DNA of 63,988 bases, filler included, from Aduncisulcus paluster (taxonomy: Eukaryota): the NCBI GenBank assembly GCA_024181965.1. It is 9 parts of 9 records of this genome, joined end to end, with 100 filler letters (N's around TTAATTAATTAA, not from the genome) between each part and the next. Parts side by side here need not be neighbours in the genome. Positions count along the whole stretch, not along the records: positions 62,498 to 63,988 come from BQXS01012597.1; 8 more parts are not named here. One strand, written 5' to 3'. The position numbers and the translations under genes are program-made. Numbering within the stretch: position 1 is the first letter of the stretch; every line of letters begins with the position of its first letter. Of the stretch, positions 62,783 to 63,988 are shown piece by piece. The notes below the pieces were generated by a model, which was not told the DNA's origin, made no database searches, and saw only the letters and a list, made by a program, of their open reading frames with translations.

Positions 62783-63412
62783 CATGGTCGCGAATTCTAG
62801 TCCTTTTTTAGTCCGAATCGGACTAACTGCCATTTTTTTTAATAAAATAATTCGGACTAAACACTTAGTCCTGTTTAGGTTAGTCTGAAATATTTTACTA
62901 AAAAATTAGTCCTAAAAATCGGACTAAACATTTTCATATTAGATTTAGTCCTCATTTAGTCCAAAAAACAATGAAAAAAAAAACTATTTTTAGATATTAA
63001 ATTAATTACAAATGGCCAGCCTTAAATTGGAAATTTTAATGAGAAAGTTGCACGGCTAGCCGTAGGTTCTTATCTCGAAATTGGCCGATGACGAGACTTG
63101 AACCTGGGCTTTATGTTTATAAGAGGCAACCACCTACCACTGAGCTATGGAGAATTACAAAAATANNNNNNNNNNNNNNNNNNNNNNNNNNNNNNNNNNN
63201 NNNNNNNNNNNNNNNNNNNNNNNNNNNNNNNNNNNNNNNNNNNNNNNNNNNNNAAGATTTAAAATGGACTAACATTAGTACGAAAATACACCAATAAGTA
63301 CTAAAATTGGACTAGATTTAGTCTTGGTCTAGTTTTTTAGTCCGATTTAAGAGACTAAGATTTAGTCCGATTTTACTCCATGACTAAAAAAGGACTAGAA
63401 TTCGCGACCATG
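62783..63412. mobile_element. MITE with 31-bp TIRs and many TTAGTCC/GGACTAA subterminal repeats
   Basis: CATGGTCGCGAATTCTAGTCCTTTTTTAGTC (62783-62813) inverted at 63382-63412; TA on both sides; internal 88-N gap. Confidence 0.9.
63082..63154 (-). pseudogene. tRNA-like pseudogene (possibly Ile-TAT derived) inside the MITE
   Basis: 73 nt with A-box TAGCTCAGTGG, CTTATAA loop, B-box GGTTCAAGTC, ends GGCCA; acceptor and anticodon stems do not pair. Confidence 0.6.
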
Positions 63413-63988
63413 TATCAAGAGGAAACAAAAAAATAATGTCATAATAGAACATGTAATCCTCTAAATCTGCGAAATATATGTATAGTTTAATGACTAATAT
63501 GCCTTAATTAACAAACGTCATGAAAGAGAGGATGTTTGGAGGGAGAATGAGGAGGGTAAGGATAAATAGAATTCATTACCTAAAACCAGTTGAAGCTCCG
63601 ATTTGGGCCGGAACAAAAGTCTAATACTGGTTATTCCGTAGAGAAGTTATGACACTCGGCCGAGATATATCATTACTCAGAGGAAGTGAAATTTTGAAAA
63701 AAATATTTCTGGTTTTGCTTACAACTCAATGTGGTATCAAGTAGGCTTCCGAAAGGAATTTAATCTAAGCTTGAAGACAATTTACTGAGTTATACGAAGA
63801 ATCAAGATTATCTAAAAATAGAATATTGACTAAGTTGGAACATAATAAATATAATAAATTAAGAATATAAATAATAATAAAATAGAAATAATATTAATAA
63901 AACAAAATAATAAATAATAATATGTTAGAGATTCACGAAAACAAGATGGTCACCACACTCACCCCTTACTTTCTGAGGGGTTGCCTGC

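Noticed and set aside
63082..63154. Functional tRNA gene
   Set aside because: Acceptor and anticodon stems cannot pair
62783..63412. Short spaced repeats as a CRISPR-like array (also 26100-26730 and 47290-47610)
   Set aside because: Repeats are 7-14 bp, irregularly spaced and associated with TIRs or element ends, i.e. transposon subterminal repeats; no cas genes

Overview
This is AT-rich eukaryotic (protist) draft sequence, not a prokaryote. Nine unrelated contigs are joined by artificial 100-bp N/TTAATTAATTAA/N linkers. Compact, intron-poor divergent genes, a NEK kinase and giant internalin-like LRR/EGF proteins suggest a free-living fornicate (Aduncisulcus/Carpediemonas-like); this is an inference. 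Gene-rich contigs carry cyclophilin, a MATE transporter, V-ATPase E, a Cdc16/APC6-like TPR protein, VAP (one 83-nt GT-AG intron), a divergent histone H3, NEK, Noc2, an actin-related pseudogene and a roughly 4,000-aa LRR/Cys-rich surface protein. Three contigs (10161-19133, 25105-31171, 43510-51762) have no recognisable host genes. They are patchworks of short, abruptly truncated pieces of many transposon families: Ty3/Gypsy with chromodomain, DIRS, RLE non-LTR, hAT and PIF/Harbinger. They also hold a hAT MITE with an 8-bp TSD and a 137-bp solo LTR nested in one integrase. A separate MITE carries a tRNA-like sequence. The TE-fragment mosaics are the most unusual signal. They could be a silencing/piRNA-cluster-like trap, a heterochromatic graveyard or chimeric assembly, and the sequence alone cannot decide between these.
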